Of a DNA stretch of 64,000 bases, positions 37,650 to 46,524 are shown piece by piece. Made by a program: the position numbers and the translations under genes. Location of the stretch: NCBI GenBank assembly GCA_003671025.1, contig QWPW01000013.1, positions 13,998 through 77,997 of the forward strand. Reading direction: 5' to 3'. The stretch is from Planctomycetota bacterium. Lineage in GTDB: Bacteria; Planctomycetota; Phycisphaerae; Phycisphaerales; SM1A02. The number at the start of each line of letters is the position of its first letter. Position 1 is the stretch's first letter. The notes below the pieces were generated by a model, which was given only the letters and a program-made list of their open reading frames with translations, did no database searches and was not told the origin of the DNA.

Positions 37650-38921
37650 TCACTTGAAGAGCGGCGGGCTCGTCGACTTGCTTGTCGTTGACTTGGAAGT
37701 TGAAGTCGCCGAAGACTTCTTCGCGTTCGACTTCTCGTCGTCAGTGGGACGCGTCGTTGGATTCGTCGGCGCGTTGGGATCAGTTGGTGGAACGGTTGGT
37801 GGAACGGTTGGCGTGTTCACAATCGGCGAGCCGGTCGAACCACCATTGCCCGAGCCGCCCACCGCTCCGTTGACGGGAACGCTGCGAAACTCGAGGTTTT
37901 GCACGACGGAAAGTCCCGCAGTAAACGTGACGTAGCGACGCGAACCGCCGGCGCTCGACGCGGTCTTGCGTGGACGCACGGGCGCAAAGGGATATCCATC
38001 GATTTGTCGGTGAATGAAGTCAGGCGCGCGAATGATGAGCACGCCTTGGTAGTAGCGAATGCTCGCGGCGTCGCCGCCCGCATCCTGCCACGCTTCGGGC
38101 TCGCATTGATCCTGAATGATCTCCATCAGTTGATCGGCCTTCTCGGTTTCGGAAGGACGTTCAGGATCTTCGCCGGGGTCGCCGATGACGCCACCGCCGC
38201 CGCCACCACTACCGCCGCCACTTCCGCCACCCGAACCGCCGCCGCCGCCGCCGAATCCACCGCCACCGCCGCCGCCCCCACTACCGCCGCCGCCACTTCC
38301 GCCACCTTGACCGCCTTGATTGCCTTGCTCAAGCGCGGCGCTCAGATTGAAGTCAGGCGCGTTGTCAAAGTTTGGTGGTTCAAAGAGCAGATCGCGCACG
38401 GGATACATGCGCAGTTCGCGCGCGGCGGGGACGGAGAGTCGATCCTTGGTGCCGGCTTCGATGAAGCCTTCGCGAATCTGCCACGTGCACGGAGAATCGG
38501 TTCCGCACATCTCGAGCATGCGCTCGACAACCGAGAGCGCAGCCGCGCCTTCCATCGCCAGCGAAATTTCCATCTCAGGATCGATGCCATCTGCGCCGCC
38601 TTCGCCCGCGTAGCGCACGATCAGTGGCACGCCGAGTTGTTGCTGCACATATTCAAACGCGGTCTTCGCTTGCGTGCGCTCGAAGTTCACCGTGATGTCG
38701 CTGTAGAGAAGTGCGCCGAGCAGTTGCCCGCGACCAACGTCTTGCCGGAGATCTTCCGCGCGCTGTTCGCCCACGGCCTTGATGCGCTCTGAGAGGCCTT
38801 GCGCCTGCGCGGAGGAGGCGGCGAGCATGGCCGGTGCAGCGAGCGACAACACAGTCGCGGTAGTCATAGCTCTGGCCAAGGTAAACGAGCGAAGAGCAAC
38901 AAAGCGTGACGTGCGTTCCAT
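37650..38921 (-). CDS. Secreted protein with a roughly 45-residue poly-Gly/Ser linker and Thr/Pro- and Lys/Ser-rich tail
   Basis: Signal peptide ..TVLSLAAPAMLAASSAQAQG and a Gly run GGQGGGSGGGGSGGGGGGGGFGGGGGGSGGGSGGGSGGGGGG. No family recognised. Confidence 0.5.
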   Translation of the reverse strand: MERTSRFVALRSFTLARAMTTATVLSLAAPAMLAASSAQAQGLSERIKAVGEQRAEDLRQDVGRGQLLGALLYSDITVNFERTQAKTAFEYVQQQLGVPLIVRYAGEGGADGIDPEMEISLAMEGAAALSVVERMLEMCGTDSPCTWQIREGFIEAGTKDRLSVPAARELRMYPVRDLLFEPPNFDNAPDFNLSAALEQGNQGGQGGGSGGGGSGGGGGGGGFGGGGGGSGGGSGGGSGGGGGGVIGDPGEDPERPSETEKADQLMEIIQDQCEPEAWQDAGGDAASIRYYQGVLIIRAPDFIHRQIDGYPFAPVRPRKTASSAGGSRRYVTFTAGLSVVQNLEFRSVPVNGAVGGSGNGGSTGSPIVNTPTVPPTVPPTDPNAPTNPTTRPTDDEKSNAKKSSATSTSKSTTSKSTSPPLFK

Positions 38922-39071
38922 GAACGACTCCCTGCAAATGAGGACTCGAAACTGGGTCTAGTCTTTGCGACGCAACACAGAGCGCGGAACAAATCCGAGC
39001 TCGATGAAGGCGTCGCAGACAGCGAATATACGACACGCCCCGCGTCGCGCTTGCACCCAACCTCGGAGAAT

Positions 39072-41267
39072 CTAAGGATTTTCGGCGGCGCGGATCGCCT
39101 CGAGGGCGAGCAAAAGCCCCGCGATCAAGGCACTCGGAGGACAGTCGTCGGTCGCGAGCGAGCCGCGCACGAGTCCGCGAATCGACGCAGGATCGCGCAA
39201 TCCGCCGACCCATGGATCGTCCGCAATGTGCTGCGCGAGGAAGCGCATGAAGTGGCGGGTGGTGGTCGCGGCACTCACTTTGGGTTCACCGCTGAGCGAT
39301 GTTTGCGCGCTTGCAACGCCTGCCGCAACTCGCAGTGATTGCGTGTCAGGAAGTCGTCCCTTCGCCGAAGGCAGCAAAAGTCCGCCGTCAAGATCTGCGG
39401 GAATTCCTGCAGAAAACTCGCTTTCGCCCGCGCGAATCTGCACCCGAGCGATGACCTCGACCGTGCGCGCAAGTTGTTCGACGCATCGTGCGCGCAGCGG
39501 TGGGGGCAGCGTGGGTGACTGTGCGATCAACGCGATGGCGAGGGTCGCGTCGACCAGTTGCGCGCGTGACGATTCGTGATGCGTGAGCAGTGCATCAATC
39601 GCGGCAATCGCGGCCGTACGCGACTCTGATGAATCGAGCGCCAACGCCGCCGCGGCGAGAAGCGCGATGAGTTCGGGCTCGTTTGCGCGCGCCGCGTTGT
39701 CGACTTTTTCTTCGGCAACGGGCGCGGGGTTGCCAGTTTCATTGAGCGCCGCCGCATCGATCGGCGCGACCGCGTTGTTGGTTGTCGTTTCGTTTGCGCG
39801 CGCGAGCGCCGCGACGATTCGTGTGGTCAGCGCAGAACGCATCGCGCTCGAGTGTTGCGGCGCATCCTGTTCGAGCGTGCACAGCGCCAACGCGCAATAC
39901 GCATCGACGGCGATCGGTCGTGCGTCGAGGCTCTGCATCAACAGTGATTGCAGCAACGCGTTGGCGCGTGCGCGCGCGTGCGTGCGTGTCGGAAGCGGAA
40001 TCGATGTGGTCGTCGCCGCGCGCGCAAGTGCGAAGGCCGCGAGTGCGCCGTCGCGTTCTCCTGCAAACGGCGGGTCGTACATCGCCGCGGTGGGATTGAG
40101 AGTTCCCAGCAGCGCGACGGCAGTGCTGGTGGTGGTCGCAGTGATCGCTGCGCTTTCTGAACTCTTGTTTCCGTTACGCGCGACAACTTGTCCCGCAAGC
40201 CGCGCGCACAATTGCGCGGCCAACGCGCGCGTCAACGCAGGCGTGATCTCGACCAACTCAATCGTGCGACCACCGCGTTCAATGATTGTCGGCGTGCTTT
40301 GCGCATCATCCTGACGAATGCGCACCGACGAGAATCGCGCCAACGACACGCGATCCTCCGCTGTGTATTGCGGGAGATCTTTCGCGGGCAATCCCGCTTC
40401 GACGAGCAACGTCGCGATGGTGCGATCAGGTCGATCCGCGTTGTCCGCGGCGTTGAGGCGACAGGGAAACGCGCGCGTGACGCTCTCTGCGCGCAGCACC
40501 GCGATGCCGTCACGGCTCGGCGCGACGCGTTGCGCAGCATCGGCAACGGTGCGTCCGAGCAACGGCGTGAGTGCGCCCGCGAGTTCGAGTTCGAGCGAAA
40601 GCCGCGCGGTCACGCGATCGCCAACAGTCTGGCGCACCGCGCGAATAGTCTCGTCGCCGAGCGCTTTGGTGACCGCGCGGCCGAGCGCACGACGCACCAT
40701 CGTCGCGTCACCGGTTGCGTCTTCGCCCACACCCACGATGCGCCCATCGAGCCGCAGAATCACGCACACCGCGGTGGTCGCGTCGAGACTGACTAACGCA
40801 AGGGGCGACTCAACTGCAGGAAGCGCGTCGGCATCGAGCCACGCGCGCGCGGCCAGAAACGCGGCGACCGCGCTGTCCGTGGTGGGAGTTGTGATGGTGG
40901 GGGCGGACTGCGCAGCGACGCGCGCATCCATGCGCACATTCATCGGCGATGCATGCGCGTCCATCGTTGCAACACACGTTGCACCAATGCAACATGCGAG
41001 CAACCCTCCATGCAACAAGCCGCACAGATGGAACCGCGAAGGCGCGCCGCGCGCCTCAAACGGCACCGCAGCGCGCGTTGGCACGACTGTTGCAATGCTT
41101 GGGCGCGCCGCAGAGCTTCTGCGACGGAAACACAACTGAAGATTGGAATACGACATGCTGCTCTCAACCATCCTCGCTCCTGTCGACAACCGCCGCAAGA
41201 TCTTCTTGCTCGCCGTTCTCGCCTTCATCGCACTTTGCTGATCGCACGCACGATCAATGAACGGCAC
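39072..41267 (-). CDS. Hypothetical Ala-rich protein
   Basis: 731-aa ORF with an uncertain start (several internal Met before a hydrophobic segment LLHGGLLACCIGATCVA). Only a weak, unverified resemblance to the AMMECR1 core (VCVILRLDGRIVGVGE). Confidence 0.45.
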   Translation of the reverse strand: MPFIDRACDQQSAMKARTASKKILRRLSTGARMVESSMSYSNLQLCFRRRSSAARPSIATVVPTRAAVPFEARGAPSRFHLCGLLHGGLLACCIGATCVATMDAHASPMNVRMDARVAAQSAPTITTPTTDSAVAAFLAARAWLDADALPAVESPLALVSLDATTAVCVILRLDGRIVGVGEDATGDATMVRRALGRAVTKALGDETIRAVRQTVGDRVTARLSLELELAGALTPLLGRTVADAAQRVAPSRDGIAVLRAESVTRAFPCRLNAADNADRPDRTIATLLVEAGLPAKDLPQYTAEDRVSLARFSSVRIRQDDAQSTPTIIERGGRTIELVEITPALTRALAAQLCARLAGQVVARNGNKSSESAAITATTTSTAVALLGTLNPTAAMYDPPFAGERDGALAAFALARAATTTSIPLPTRTHARARANALLQSLLMQSLDARPIAVDAYCALALCTLEQDAPQHSSAMRSALTTRIVAALARANETTTNNAVAPIDAAALNETGNPAPVAEEKVDNAARANEPELIALLAAAALALDSSESRTAAIAAIDALLTHHESSRAQLVDATLAIALIAQSPTLPPPLRARCVEQLARTVEVIARVQIRAGESEFSAGIPADLDGGLLLPSAKGRLPDTQSLRVAAGVASAQTSLSGEPKVSAATTTRHFMRFLAQHIADDPWVGGLRDPASIRGLVRGSLATDDCPPSALIAGLLLALEAIRAAENP

Positions 41268-41435
41268 GTGAGCGAAGAGTGGAGTGGAACAATCTGAAAC
41301 CTATGACTCTCGAAGCGGCGGAGCCGTCAAGAGGGAGCACTGATCATGGCGGAGCCAAGGCAGTGAATGAAATGAAACGACTGTGATACGACTGACTCTG
41401 TGACTCTGACTGGGATCTGAGACGACTGAAACGGC

Positions 41436-41467
41436 AAACCGGCCGCAGCACATGCTGCGGCCGGTTT
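41436..41467 (-). terminator. rpsA terminator hairpin
   Basis: Perfect 14-bp stem AAACCGGCCGCAGC / GCTGCGGCCGGTTT with a 4-nt loop, 67 nt downstream of the rpsA stop. The stem ends in TTT on both strands; T-rich GATTTTG follows on the plus strand. Confidence 0.6.
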
Positions 41468-41533
41468 GATTTTGTCTCACACACACTGAAGAGGTTGCGA
41501 AGGCATCTCTTGGCGGATGGCCTTCGCAACAAC

Positions 41534-43339
41534 TCAGAATGAGAACTTGTCGCTGCCCATCGCGCCGTGATCATCAAGACCACCGCGTGCTGGACCACCA
41601 CCACGGGCGCTGCGCGTTGGGCGCTCGCCGTCATCGCTGCTCGACGAGCCAGCAACTGCACCGGCGGCGGGAGCAGGACGCTCGGTTCCGCTGCCAGTCC
41701 ACTGCGCGCGCTTGAGGCTGAGACCGATCTTGCGATCGTCGGTGTCGACGCGCAGAATCTTGACTTCAACCTCTTGCCCAACCTTGACCACGTCTTGCGG
41801 GTTCTCGATCTTGGAATCGCTGAGCTCGCTGATGTGCAGGAGACCTTCGAGTCCTTCTTCGAGTTCGACGAACACGCCGAAGTTGGTGATCTTGGTGATC
41901 ACGCCCTTCACGATCATGCCCGGACGGTACGCCGATGGAATCGCCTCGACCCACGGATCTTCCGAGAGCTGCTTGACGCCGAGACCGACGCGCTGCTTCT
42001 CTTGGTCGACATCGATCACGACGCACTTGACCACATCGCCCTTCTTGTACAGCTCGTTGGGATGCGCAACCTTCTTGGTCCAGCTGATGTCGCTGACGTG
42101 AAGAAGGCCGTCGATGCCCGGCTCGATCTCGATGAACGCGCCGTAGTTGGCGAGGTTGCGAACCTTGCCTTCGATGACTGTGCCGGTTGGATATTTCTCG
42201 GCGACGAGTTCCCAAGGATTGACCTCGGTCTGCTTGACGCCCAGCGAAATTTCCAGCTTCTCTTTGTTGATGTCGAGCACAACCACGTCGACCTCTTGGC
42301 CGACCGCGACGAGCTCGCTCGGATGATTGACGCGACGCGTCCACGACATCTCGCTGATGTGAACGAGACCTTCGATGCCCTCTTCAAGCCGCACGAATGC
42401 GCCGTAGGACATGAGGTTGACCACGGTGCCCTTGGCGCGGCAACCGACGGGATACTTCGCCTCGATCTGCTCCCACGGCGAAGTTTCCTTCTGCTTCAAA
42501 CCGAGGGCGATCTTCTCGCGCTCGCGGTCGATGTTGAGGATCTTGACCTCGATCTCGTCGCCGATCTTCACGATCTCCGACGGATGATTCACGCGGCCCC
42601 ACGACATGTCGGTGATGTGGAGAAGGCCGTCGATTCCGCCGAGATCAACAAACGCGCCGAAGTCAGCAACGTTGGTGATGTATCCGCGGATGAGGTCGCC
42701 TTCGCGCACACTTTCCATCAAGCGCTTCTTGGCCGCATCGCGCTCATCTTCGATCAGCTTGCGCCGAGAGATGACGATGTTGCGACGCTCTTCGTCGATC
42801 TTGAGAATCACCGCGCGCATGGGCTTGCCCACGAACTCGCCGATGTCGCCAGGACGGCGCACATCAACTTGCGACGCAGGGAGGAACACAGGCACGCCGA
42901 TGTCGACGAGCAGTCCACCCTTGATCTTGCGGATGCATTTTCCTTCGATGACATCGCCTTCTTTGCGCGTCAGAAGAATTTGTTCCCAACCGCGAATGCG
43001 ATCGGCCTTGCGCTTGGAAAGGCGCACGCCACCCGACTCATCTTCGAGGCTCTCGAGGAGGACTTCGACTTCATCGCCCACGGCGACATCGGTGTCTTCA
43101 AACTCGTTGCGGTCGATGAGACCTTCGCTCTTCAGACCAACTTCAACCACCACGTGATCGCCAGAGAAACCGACGACGCGACCCTTGAGGATTCCACCAG
43201 GCGCGAGCCCACCGATTTCAGTGGAGATGAGCGAGTCCATCTCGCCGCCAGCGACCTTGTCTCCATACGCCTCGCGGAGCATGCGCTCCACTTCGCCGTC
43301 TGGAAGTCGAAGATCCTCGATCAGATTGAAGTCAACCAT
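41534..43339 (-). CDS. rpsA: 30S ribosomal protein S1 (six S1 domains)
   Basis: Repeated S1 OB-fold units (G.V..I..FGAFV.L..G.EGL.HISE.S). ATG at 43339 (MVDFNLIEDL..). Gly/Arg-rich C-terminal tail. Confidence 0.9.
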   Translation of the reverse strand: MVDFNLIEDLRLPDGEVERMLREAYGDKVAGGEMDSLISTEIGGLAPGGILKGRVVGFSGDHVVVEVGLKSEGLIDRNEFEDTDVAVGDEVEVLLESLEDESGGVRLSKRKADRIRGWEQILLTRKEGDVIEGKCIRKIKGGLLVDIGVPVFLPASQVDVRRPGDIGEFVGKPMRAVILKIDEERRNIVISRRKLIEDERDAAKKRLMESVREGDLIRGYITNVADFGAFVDLGGIDGLLHITDMSWGRVNHPSEIVKIGDEIEVKILNIDREREKIALGLKQKETSPWEQIEAKYPVGCRAKGTVVNLMSYGAFVRLEEGIEGLVHISEMSWTRRVNHPSELVAVGQEVDVVVLDINKEKLEISLGVKQTEVNPWELVAEKYPTGTVIEGKVRNLANYGAFIEIEPGIDGLLHVSDISWTKKVAHPNELYKKGDVVKCVVIDVDQEKQRVGLGVKQLSEDPWVEAIPSAYRPGMIVKGVITKITNFGVFVELEEGLEGLLHISELSDSKIENPQDVVKVGQEVEVKILRVDTDDRKIGLSLKRAQWTGSGTERPAPAAGAVAGSSSSDDGERPTRSARGGGPARGGLDDHGAMGSDKFSF

Positions 43340-43554
43340 GTGTATGTACTGTGTTCCCGCGTGAGGGCACCGAGCCGACGCGCGCCGAGAAAGTGAAGCC
43401 GAGTCAGACGACAGTCTGAGCTTGTGGTCGGGTCCCCCCGCCTCGGAAGCGGGGAATCGACAAACATACCCGAGCCGCGCACGCAACGGAAGCGTTGCCT
43501 GCGTAGATCGATGCGATGGGGTGAATGAACGAGGGATGATTCACGCGCGGTCAT

Positions 43555-43587
43555 GTGCGTGATCGATCGAAGTGATCGATCACGCAC
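43555..43587 (-). terminator. Perfect 14-bp-stem, GATC-rich hairpin (terminator of the upstream MFS gene or element of the rpsA leader)
   Basis: GTGCGTGATCGATC-GAAGT-GATCGATCACGCAC. Lies 148 nt downstream of the MFS stop and about 215 nt upstream of the rpsA start. No U-tract. Confidence 0.35.
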
Positions 43588-43734
43588 GATGGATGCACGG
43601 CGAAGTGCGCGCCTCGTCGCCTTCAAATGTCGCTCGTCGCTGCGTTGCGTGTGCGTCGAAGCATGGCGCGTGCGCGTCTCACGCGTCGCACAACGATCTG
43701 AGCGATGCGCGCTCTTGCGGCGCAATATTGCTTG

Positions 43735-45105
43735 TTATAAGCCCGCGAGCGCTGATTCTGGTTCCATGCTCGGGGCAATCTTCTTGCGCATCGACATGAA
43801 GCCGAGCACGCCGATGACGTTGATCGCCGTGCAAATCAGCAGCACCAACGGCGCCATTCCGCGCGGCGCCAAGGCTTGATAGAGCCACCACGCGACCACC
43901 GGCGCGATGACTCCGCGGATTCCATTGAGGGTGACATGCACCGCCATGTATTCGCTGTCGCGCGCGGCGGGAGCGAAATCTTGATGTCCAAGATTCCACG
44001 CCAGAGTTCCGCCTGCGAAGCCGATGCCGAGCAACACCGCGCCGACGTACACCAACGGGACACTCGAGTAATACGACGCGAGGGTGATCGCCGCGCCCGC
44101 GCTGCAAAACGTCCAACCATGAATCGAGCGAAAGCGAATGATGTGGGTGCGATCCATCAACTTGGCCCACAACGGAATTGCCAACGGCATCGTCATGAGT
44201 GGAATAATCGTGGTGACCAGCACGCCGCCGGTGTAGGTCATTTGCAGTTCATCGACCACCACATAGGTAAGCGGCGCCATCAACATGAGATTGCCAAAAC
44301 CAAAGACGCTCATCCACCACATGAACTCGGCGTACAGCTTGTCTTCACGCAAGAGCGTGACCATCGCCATGGGATTGAAGCCAGTGTCCTTCTTGCGACC
44401 ATCGTGTTCCGCACGCTGCAATTGGCGCGCGCGCCGCAGCCGTACCTTGCGATAGATCTGATTTCCCATCAGCCCAAAGAGCGCGAGTAAGGGGAAGAGA
44501 TAGTGATAGTTGTCGGGCGAACTATCCATGGAGACACCAACGATGGCGCCTGCCGCGGCAAGAAAGATGCTCTGCACCGTCGCGAGTTTTCCCGCAACGG
44601 TGGCGCGATTCGCCGTGGGATAGTTGTTGCGCCACACTGCGGCGCGAATGGTGATCACACCGGTCCACGCTATGCGCGCGAGGCCGAGCGCGATGCACGC
44701 GAGGATCAAACCGTTGGCATTACGCGGCACGCAGGCGATGCCCGCGACCATGAGGCATGTCGCAATCTGTAGCCACGAGATGAACGCAACTTTGGGGCGA
44801 CCTCGCGCCAATGCGGCCCAAATGAAACTGGTGAGGTTGGCCACGTTTGGCGCCGCGCCGACCCACGCAGTCGCGAGATCGAGCCAGTAGGGATCAATTC
44901 CTGGTTGTCCCGAAAACGCCTTCTTGATGACGATTGCAATCGTTCCACCTTCGATCGCTCCGAGCATGAGCGGAAGAAACGCCCAACTCACCAACTCGCG
45001 TCCGTAGGTTCGCCGCAGCATCGGCGGCAGTTCCGCAGGATGAAAACTGCGCGCGAATGCCCCGACAAAACGAAGCGGAAGAAGAAGCGGTGCGAGTTCG
45101 CGCAT
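43735..45105 (-). CDS. MFS-like multi-pass transporter
   Basis: 456 aa with 11-12 hydrophobic segments. Family is assigned from topology only. Confidence 0.55.
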   Translation of the reverse strand: MRELAPLLLPLRFVGAFARSFHPAELPPMLRRTYGRELVSWAFLPLMLGAIEGGTIAIVIKKAFSGQPGIDPYWLDLATAWVGAAPNVANLTSFIWAALARGRPKVAFISWLQIATCLMVAGIACVPRNANGLILACIALGLARIAWTGVITIRAAVWRNNYPTANRATVAGKLATVQSIFLAAAGAIVGVSMDSSPDNYHYLFPLLALFGLMGNQIYRKVRLRRARQLQRAEHDGRKKDTGFNPMAMVTLLREDKLYAEFMWWMSVFGFGNLMLMAPLTYVVVDELQMTYTGGVLVTTIIPLMTMPLAIPLWAKLMDRTHIIRFRSIHGWTFCSAGAAITLASYYSSVPLVYVGAVLLGIGFAGGTLAWNLGHQDFAPAARDSEYMAVHVTLNGIRGVIAPVVAWWLYQALAPRGMAPLVLLICTAINVIGVLGFMSMRKKIAPSMEPESALAGL

Positions 45106-45265
45106 GGAGTTCGGGGGGCGCGATCGTAGGCAACTGATGCGGAATCAGCGAGAAAGACAATGATGCTCACCGCACGAGGTCACGAGCGATCTGCGAGTTG
45201 ACGCGCGTTGCACGCCCGTGATTCCACAGCGTCACGTTCGGTCGCACGAAGCGACGCATCCTCAG

Positions 45266-45299
45266 AAAAAACGAACCCGACCAAGTTGGCCGGGTTCGA
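45266..45299 (-). terminator. Rho-independent terminator (minus strand)
   Basis: Minus strand reads CGAACCCGGCCA-ACT-TGGTCGGGTTCG followed by TTTTTT (12-bp stem, one A.C mismatch). Lies just beyond the hairpin array. Confidence 0.7.
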
Positions 45300-45333
45300 C
45301 GAGTTTAAGTTTGCCGTTGTGAACCGCGTCCCA

Positions 45334-45826
45334 TCCCGCTGGCGAAGCCAGCCGCTCACATCATTCAGCCAACGGCTATCCCGCTGGCGAAGCCAGCCGC
45401 TCACATCATTCCCCTGGCGAAGCCAGCAGCTATCCCGCTGGCGGATGCCAGCGGCTCATTCAGCCGGCGGAGCCGGCGGCTCACTCGCGGATGCCAGCGG
45501 CTCATTCAGCCGGCGGAGCCGGCGGCTCACCTCATATGCAGCTGGCGAAGCCAGCGGCTAATTCCGCTGGCGGATGCCAGCGGCTCATTCAGCCGGCGGA
45601 GCCGGCGGCTCACTCACGGATGCCAGCGGCTCATACAGCCGGCGGAGCCGGCGGCTCACCTCATATGCAGCTGGCGAAGCCAGCGGCTAATTCCGCTGGC
45701 GGATGCCAGCGGCTCATACAGCCGGCGGAGCCGGCGGCTCACCTCATATGCAGCTGGCGAAGCCAGCGGCTAATTCCGCTGGCGGATGCCAGCGGCTCAT
45801 TCAGCCGGCGGAGCCGGCGGCTCACC
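45334..45826. repeat. Tandem array of about 18 short GC-rich palindromes in 83-bp (and 46-bp) higher-order units; REP/BIME-like or structured RNA
   Basis: Modules are GCTGGC-GAA-GCCAGC, CCGCTGGC-GGAT-GCCAGCGG and GCCGGC-GGA-GCCGGC. CTCACCTCATATGC recurs at 45526, 45655 and 45738, with a related CTCACCTTAC at 45821. No unique spacers. Confidence 0.85.
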
Positions 45827-46114
45827 TTACGGATTGCCAGAAGTCGACATGATCGGATAAGGGCTGAGTCGGCTTGGTTGATCGGTGAGCCAGACGCGGC
45901 CCAGATCGTCGGCGGCGGAGCGGAGATCTTGGTTCGCGTTCTGCGCCCAATTGCTCTGCTGATCCACGGGTCGCTCGGAGAGTCCCGCGAGTTCCGGCGT
46001 CAGGTTGCTGTTGATCGATTTGAAATCCGTCGCGTATGGATCAGCCTTGCAGCCCGTGAGCGCAAGAGCGAGGGCGGCAGACGAGAGAACGATAAAGGTC
46101 GTATTGCGAGTCAT
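45827..46114 (-). CDS. Small lipoprotein
   Basis: 95 aa. Signal peptide plus lipobox FIVLSSAALALALTGC. Confidence 0.55.
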   Translation of the reverse strand: MTRNTTFIVLSSAALALALTGCKADPYATDFKSINSNLTPELAGLSERPVDQQSNWAQNANQDLRSAADDLGRVWLTDQPSRLSPYPIMSTSGNP

Positions 46115-46524
46115 GAAAGCTTCCTCTAAGTCGTCGCATCATGTGGGAACGAGGCGCGCTTGTCAATCGCAGATCACGCGCGGAGTACACTCAATCCATC
46201 ACGCCGCGAGACCCTCTCGGGCGGGGTGTCAGGCACATCGCCTCGAGCCTTGCTTAACCCCAAGGGATCGACAATTTCCGCGACGAAAATCAGGCCTCCA
46301 TTGCGCACGCGCTCTGAGTGGAAGGTTGGGCTCGATGGATGTCGAACCCACGTAGCATTGGGGTTCGAGCGCTCGTCCCTGACCATCGTTGAGTTCTCAC
46401 AAACTCATCGTTTTCGGCGCGTTTACGCACCGATTCCCTCCCGAGTGGGTCACGCGGCGTGAGCGACAGACACGAGTTTGCGCAGCAAACCTCACACGTT
46501 GATGCGCGTGCAATCACGCGGTGC

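Noticed and set aside
41567-43396. 609-aa plus-strand ORF antisense to rpsA
   Set aside because: The opposite strand has six clear S1 domains. This frame is a low-information shadow ORF.
45334-45826. CRISPR array
   Set aside because: The repeat modules abut each other or are joined by repeated linkers, so there are no unique spacers. There are no cas genes in the window.
45208-46129. Plus-strand ORFs (117 and 212 aa) reading through the hairpin array (PAAHSAGGAGGS repeats)
   Set aside because: The open frames follow from the palindromic, stop-free repeat DNA. The second ORF also runs antisense through the lipoprotein gene. There is no start context or motif.
46342-46368. tRNA- or tmRNA-like GGTTCGA motifs in the 410-bp spacer upstream of the lipoprotein gene
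   Set aside because: The two motifs (TCGAACCC / GGGTTCGA) simply pair with each other as an 8-bp hairpin. I could build no T-arm, acceptor stem or cloverleaf on either strand.
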